In this document: positions 59,701-64,000 of the stretch, piece by piece | How positions within the stretch are numbered: position 1 is the first letter of the stretch | How the letters are laid out: each line of letters opens with the position of its first letter | Assembly (NCBI RefSeq): GCF_002113885.1 | Contig: NW_018480057.1 | Span: forward strand, 575,891 to 639,890 | Source: Mizuhopecten yessoensis | Taxonomy: Eukaryota | Length of the DNA stretch: 64,000 bases | Reading direction: 5' to 3' | The notes under the pieces: generated by a model | The model's database searches: none | Seen by the model: the letters and a program-made list of their open reading frames with translations, nothing else | What the model was told of the DNA's origin: nothing | Position numbers and translations under genes: made by a program

Positions 59701-62295
59701 AAAATATACCACAGATTCAACACACAAGGACAAAGCTACACAGCGTCAATACCCAGGGACGAAAATACACAGCGTCATCACACCGGGGACAAAAAAGCAC
59801 AGCGTCATCACACAAAGACAAAATATACCACAGCGCCAACAAGCAAGGACAAAGTAGTTTCCTGTTCAACAGGACGCATCTATCCTGAATCAACTACCTT
59901 GAATGATATATGGGCCTTTATTATAGACACCGAAAATAATCTCGTTCATTCAGTTGGAAACCAGGTGATGGTGGAGACCGTAACACTCCAACGTACAAAC
60001 ATGTACTTAATATATAATTGTTTCCAAACATGTAATCTTGATATCAATTGATACTTGTAGGTAAAATCAGCATGATGAATTTAAAAAGTCGGTATAGAAT
60101 GCTACGCAAGTGTACCAGATGTAGCTACAGGTAAATGGGGTCACGTGCAGGATACCTCGTGAGCCCCTCGACCAGGTGTGTAGTCGGCGAGCGCCAACCT
60201 GTTCGATTCTAACTGCGTCTGAGGTTTTCAAAATGTCGCCCGCCTATGTACGGATATCTAGTTCTGGTTCTTTATATCTAACAGCGGGTGTGTTATAAAT
60301 GGGAAATCGAAGGTATGCTTAGACAGCATACTATATTTATCTACGTATTAATTTAGCGGTGTCATTATATTTCGTATAAGATTTATACATCTTACAGTCA
60401 TGTCGCGACACATAATTTAACGAGAACGAGGCTCGATAACTCTTGGAGCCGCATGCTTCGCCAGGGTATCACGGCTGGATGCAATACACTCATAGTGCAC
60501 TAACAGCAGGGATCCACACATCAAATACAACAACGTGGTATTTAAGAGTCAGATTTGTTTCTAGTTCTTATCCTAGTAGATAAAATCAACACTTGAGGTG
60601 AATATTCCCTCTGTGATTCGGGTAAAGTGTTTTTAATTCTGACGAAATACCCGGTCGCAGACCATCTTTATCGCACCGTCAGGCTTATAGGAATACTTCT
60701 TGATCCGTTTCAACAGGATTAAACACTTCTAATGCTTCATATACATTTAATTGTGCATGAATTTAACTGTACATGAAAATAATCGTCAGTCTAAACATCA
60801 TCATCCACTTATATTTCTACCTTGAACCAACGTCGTGCAATCAGATGATGTTCTTGTCATTATTCTGGTTGTTGCTGTTGTTGTATTCAAGGTTAGAACA
60901 AATAGAAATAGACTGACAGACGTGTTGAAAAGTTCATCGATTTCAACAGCAAAAGGGGTCCTTTAAAACAAATATCAAATCATTGTTTTGATTTTGATGA
61001 CAAAAAGTACCTCCGCATGAGGTTGAGCCGAATAAGATTTTTGAATGGCTGTGTAGACTTTAGAGTGAGAAATATGACCCCTCAAAGGGAACCCCTTCTC
61101 GCTCGCTTACACGACCGCGACCCTAACAGTCAAAGCCGGAATTCGAATCCCGCGTTCGTGTATGTTCTGCCAAGTTTATACACATCCTGCCACTTCCGTT
61201 GTCGTAAGGACTCGCCTCAAGTGTTTCAATAATGTAAATTTAAATATTACATTTGTGTGATGTTATTGTTCATTTATGTGCCATTTTTATCCCCTGTATA
61301 AATAAAAGGGATCTGTGTTTGTAAACATGCCTTTCACAGTGTGAATTTAATACGTAAAGTTCGTGGGTTTTGATCAAAGTCTTTGTAAAGTATTTTATGA
61401 ATATTTGACTAGTGATAGTAATCACGCAGCTGGACCCGGCCGATAATGAAAAACGTGAAACAAGAGTCGAGTGTTGATATATTGATTTTAAAGTTTACGT
61501 TAGCTATATTACAAAACCACTACAGGACCGATACGGCTCGCCTACAGGAGTTCAAAACGTACCTTCAGTTGATAGCAGGCTACTAGCATGCCAACACATT
61601 GTCTTTATTATATAAGTCTATGGTGTAATGTCTCATAAACATATCTCCATAAGAAATATACCTGAATAATTCCTTCCAGTCTCTCATCATTCGTGTTCAG
61701 TAGTATTTCATCCTTCAATGTTTCGTTTATCGATTTAATTAATTTTGATGAACACCTATGTAAGTAATTATTGATTGTTTTATTTATTTTGATTAGTAAG
61801 TGCTTAGTTTTAAACTATATCCTAACATACGGCATTTACTTCCGGAGATATAACTTTGATGATGTTCAATAAAGGAAATGAACAAAGAAAAATTACAATA
61901 AAATAGAGACAAAGTGAAAAGTGTAAATGTCGATACTGGCTATCATGGTGTCACTGTCTATAACTTACATTGTACATGTCCTATTGCTAGAAAAAAATCT
62001 TTAAATATGAAACATCAATCATTGTAACCTGATATTATGATTTCGAAGGCCTTGCAGAACGCTGTAAAATAAGGTTGAATTTCATCAATGAACACGGTAG
62101 AGTGTACGTACCATTTTAGCGTGAGTGCCGTCTGTTTCTTCTTGTCCCTCATGATCTGCGCAACAGTCTTCTTTTGAATCTGTTGCTCATCGGATGTTAT
62201 GTCACCATTTCCGGTTTTTTCCTCTTCATCCAAAATGCTCTCGTCATCGGTAAATGCGGGACTATTCAGTGCGGGACTGTCCTCCCTGTTGGGTT
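17632..62295 (-). CDS. RFX6: DNA-binding protein RFX6, 19 exons in window, 5' partial
   Basis: RFX winged-helix DBD (WLEENY...[13 protein letters not shown]...[33 protein letters not shown]), B/C/dimerisation regions, RFX6-type [15 protein letters not shown] and C-terminal [10 protein letters not shown]; all exon phases join in frame. Confidence 0.93.
18179..18376 (-). CDS. RFX6: RFX6 exon ([21 protein letters not shown]...ASCHSPR)
   Basis: Acceptor tgtcacag, donor A|GTAAGA; phase-consistent. Confidence 0.83.
18525..19450 (-). repeat. 31-bp minisatellite, ~28 copies, related to the RFX6 exon/donor junction at 19914
   Basis: Consensus tttacctcagggtgagtatgaatgtagggta (period from 18661, 18692, 18723); copies such as gatatttacctgaaggtga match the donor region exactly. 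Confidence 0.9.
19914..20216 (-). CDS. RFX6: RFX6 exon ([21 protein letters not shown]...[10 protein letters not shown]); different frame from the listed 19869..20225 ORF
   Basis: Acceptor ttgttacag, donor CAG|GTAAAT; 303 nt open in the phase-1 frame. Confidence 0.85.
20731..20798 (-). repeat. 36-bp tandem duplication of an RFX6 splice donor
   Basis: aagggaga(c/t)aa(t/c)tatatatactaacctaggta twice; ctaacctagg at 20751 and 20787. Confidence 0.85.
20792..20954 (-). CDS. RFX6: RFX6 exon ([22 protein letters not shown]...GPGYPYL)
   Basis: Acceptor tttttcag, donor TAG|GTTAGT; phase-consistent. Confidence 0.85.
21653..21876 (-). CDS. RFX6: RFX6 exon ([19 protein letters not shown]...SLTAMTQ)
   Basis: Acceptor ttttgtag, donor CAG|GTAATT; phase-consistent. 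Confidence 0.85.
22248..22367 (-). CDS. RFX6: RFX6 exon ([20 protein letters not shown]...LLEKHMKT)
   Basis: Acceptor gattttag, donor CAG|GTACGT; [12 protein letters not shown] motif. Confidence 0.93.
22513..22630 (-). CDS. RFX6: RFX6 exon ([40 protein letters not shown])
   Basis: Acceptor taacag, donor G|GTGAGT; FLLKWSFF motif. Confidence 0.94.
23310..23404 (-). CDS. RFX6: RFX6 exon ([32 protein letters not shown])
   Basis: Acceptor aattacag, donor AAG|GTCAGT. Confidence 0.93.
23746..23887 (-). CDS. RFX6: RFX6 exon ([28 protein letters not shown]...DTELNAE)
   Basis: Acceptor aaaaacag (weak pyrimidine tract), donor T|GTAAGT; in-frame join. Confidence 0.9.
24283..24442 (-). CDS. RFX6: RFX6 exon ([15 protein letters not shown]...[12 protein letters not shown])
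   Basis: Acceptor ctttacag, donor CAG|GTAAAT. Confidence 0.94.
24762..24811 (-). CDS. RFX6: RFX6 exon ([17 protein letters not shown])
   Basis: Acceptor ttttctcag, donor AC|GTGAGT. Confidence 0.93.
25214..25327 (-). CDS. RFX6: RFX6 exon ([38 protein letters not shown])
   Basis: Acceptor tcttccag, donor AAG|GTACCG. Confidence 0.94.
30741..30818 (-). CDS. RFX6: RFX6 exon ([26 protein letters not shown])
   Basis: Acceptor ttccag, donor GAG|GTAAAC; [10 protein letters not shown] motif. Confidence 0.94.
32592..32699 (-). CDS. RFX6: RFX6 exon ([36 protein letters not shown])
   Basis: Acceptor tctttcag, donor AAG|GTAATG. Confidence 0.94.
35245..35272 (-). CDS. RFX6: RFX6 28-nt microexon (FSGCKLKNE)
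   Basis: Acceptor ttttacag, donor GAG|GTAAGA; required to join phase 2 to phase 0 and fills the expected FSGxKLKNE gap. Confidence 0.9.
35425..36592. repeat. 40-bp minisatellite, ~29 copies
   Basis: Consensus agcaatggctagagaatgccaacaagatgatcccaagtgt. Confidence 0.95.
41746..41823 (-). CDS. RFX6: RFX6 exon ([26 protein letters not shown])
   Basis: Acceptor ttttcag, donor CAG|GTAAGA. Confidence 0.95.
42539..42600 (-). CDS. RFX6: RFX6 exon, DBD ([21 protein letters not shown])
   Basis: Acceptor cattgtag, donor AA|GTAAGT; RRLGTRG motif. Confidence 0.95.
42977..43100 (-). CDS. RFX6: RFX6 exon, DBD ([41 protein letters not shown])
   Basis: Acceptor ttgttacag, donor AAG|GTAAGG. Confidence 0.95.
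43100..43722 (-). repeat. 54-bp minisatellite, ~11.5 copies, ending at the RFX6 acceptor at 43101
   Basis: Period from 43108, 43162, 43216; consensus cctacaacaagttaacaataaaacacaggttcaatactgacatagttataagcg. Confidence 0.93.
49789..50190. repeat. 58-bp GC-rich minisatellite, ~7 copies
   Basis: gtctagccc at 49791, 49849, 49907 and onward. Confidence 0.95.
50681..53673. repeat. 20-bp satellite (TCCAGTAACTACACTACAAC)n, ~150 copies
   Basis: Direct reading; apparently invariant from ~51091 to ~53315, diverged at both ends. Confidence 0.98.
55831..56200. repeat. Degenerate cluster of gaccacctgt motifs, probably a decayed Tc1/pogo-type MITE terminus
   Basis: tacagtcaacctt at 55831 and repeated gtgaccacctgt-like motifs. 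Confidence 0.45.
59400..59855. repeat. Degenerate ~29-31-bp minisatellite
   Basis: Recurring acacagcgtcaacacacaaggacaaaa. Confidence 0.85.
62112..62295 (-). CDS. RFX6: RFX6 exon ([25 protein letters not shown]...[13 protein letters not shown])
   Basis: Acceptor tctcccacag, donor TG|GTACGT. Confidence 0.88.
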
Positions 62296-62770
62296 CTGTG
62301 GGAGATAAAGAAGAGATAAGTATAGGTACGTGTACATCTGTATCTTAAAAGTAAGCAAACCTATTTCAGTAGTTGAAAGATAACGCCGGGGTACGATTCA
62401 AGATTGTTATGGAACTAAAAATATATAAAAGGATTGTTACATTGATGAACCCGACACCTCTCGGAATTTTGCACCACATAGATAAGTCGACATAAATTTA
62501 ACCCATTCCTTGAAAGCGTAGTTTGTTACACAATGTGCATTCTCTGATTTGTTTTATTTAATAAATATACACATCGAGTTATTAGCTATATGAGTATATA
62601 TATACTTCATTGAGATTTACGTTAAACTATCTCGTGGACATTCATTTGGGTTTACGTTATTCATGTCCATCATTTGTGGGTTTTTTTTATAACACATAAA
62701 ACACGCACACCTTACGTTTAAATGGATAAAAGTAGAGGAACCTCGTTATACTCTAGACCCAGACAATATA

Positions 62771-63595
62771 TACAGTAAAACCTCGTTACTCCGGAATTAA
62801 ACGATATTGTATACAATTAATGGAACTTGTTGCTCTGGATGATAATCCTGCACACCATGAATAAACTCACTATTCCGGAAAAACTCGTTTTTCCGAGACT
62901 CAAATAATCCCGTATACAGTAATATCTCTGTACTCCGGAATCAATTGGTCCCGTATACGTTAATATCTCGTCATTCCGGACTCAATTCATCGTTTATACG
63001 GTAAAACCTCGTGTCTGGGGACTCAAATAATCCCATTAACGGTAAAAAAAAGTTCCTCTGGACTCAAATAATGCCGTATACGGTAAAACTTCTTTATCCC
63101 GGGCTCAGATAATCCTGTATGCAGCAAAACCTTGTTACTCCGGACTCAGATAATCCCGTCTATGGTAAAACTTCTTTACTCCGTACTCAGATTATCCCGT
63201 CTATGGTAAAACTTCTTTACTCCGTACTCAGATTATCCCGTCTATGATAAAACTTCTTTACTCCGTACTCAGATAATCCTGTCTGTTGTTAACCCTCATT
63301 ACTCCGTACTCATATATTCACGCTTACTAGTGGTAAAACCTCCTCACTCCGGACGATAATTAGGTATAAAATAGAACCTCTTTACTCCGGACGACAATAA
63401 GTCATAAAATAGTACTCTTTAATCCGGACTAAGCTTACCCTGTATATAATGGAATATCGTTATTCCGGAATACCACAATCCTTTATACAGCGGATCATCG
63501 CCACTCTATACTTATGTGATCCTGTATACTGTAAACCCTCGTTTTGTAGGACTCACAGCAATTCCTCAAACAGATTATCCTGGTTACTCCGGTTC
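62771..63595. repeat. Degenerate 41-bp tandem array, ~20 copies
   Basis: Core ctccgtactcagattatcccgtctatggtaaaacttcttta (period 63181 to 63222); first unit tacagtaaaacctcgttactccgg. Confidence 0.85.
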
Positions 63596-64000
63596 AAATA
63601 TATCTGTTGATTAAAATTCAGTGACGACTTCCATTTTTGCAACGCGAAAAAAACGTTAATCCGGATATTTTTCGAAAACAATTATATCCGGATTTCAGCG
63701 TGTGTTGACTGTAAGAGCCTAGTTACGCAGTCTGCGTGAGGCAGACTTACGGACTGACAAACGGCCAATCTGTGGGCACTTGAGCAAGTACTTGAAGAAT
63801 TTAGTTTGCGCGATAGCCACAACAACCCGATGACATGGCCGGGTGGTCAGTGTGGTCAGACACAAGAGCACGTGATAAGGACCGTACGTCCTAGGTCACT
63901 CCGTCGTTGTACCAGAATGGATTCGAAATGGTTTCAGATACGTAGTGACATCTATAAAATACCGTATGACATCACTTTCAAATATATAAAGGATCTTACA

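Noticed and set aside
63751-63951. Possible upstream RFX6 exon (ttttatag acceptor, GTAAGT donor)
   Set aside because: The required phase-1 frame has an upstream TGA and no ATG; it could be non-coding but is unsupported

Overview
AT-rich animal genomic DNA; the repeat content suggests a bivalve mollusc (inference). Two multi-exon transcription-factor genes lie in tandem on the minus strand. (1) An RFX6 orthologue: 19 GT-AG exons reconstructed by hand from 62295 to the stop at 17632 join phase-consistently (2483 nt, about 826 aa); the first coding exon appears to lie beyond the window. (2) The 5' part of a nuclear receptor of the E78/NR1E group: start exon plus both zinc-finger exons, 4322 to 705; the rest lies left of position 1. 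The remainder holds a decayed CR1/L2-type LINE, two inverted SINE copies, several MITEs, a Helentron-like tandem-repeat element and at least eight tandem-repeat arrays. The most unusual pattern: four separate tandem arrays are built from copies of the genes' own splice sites (E78 zinc-finger-1 donor x5; two RFX6 donors x2 and x~28; one RFX6 acceptor x~11). In the three arrays abutting their exon, every extra site I translated gives a premature stop. All exon calls come from sequence reading only, without transcript evidence.
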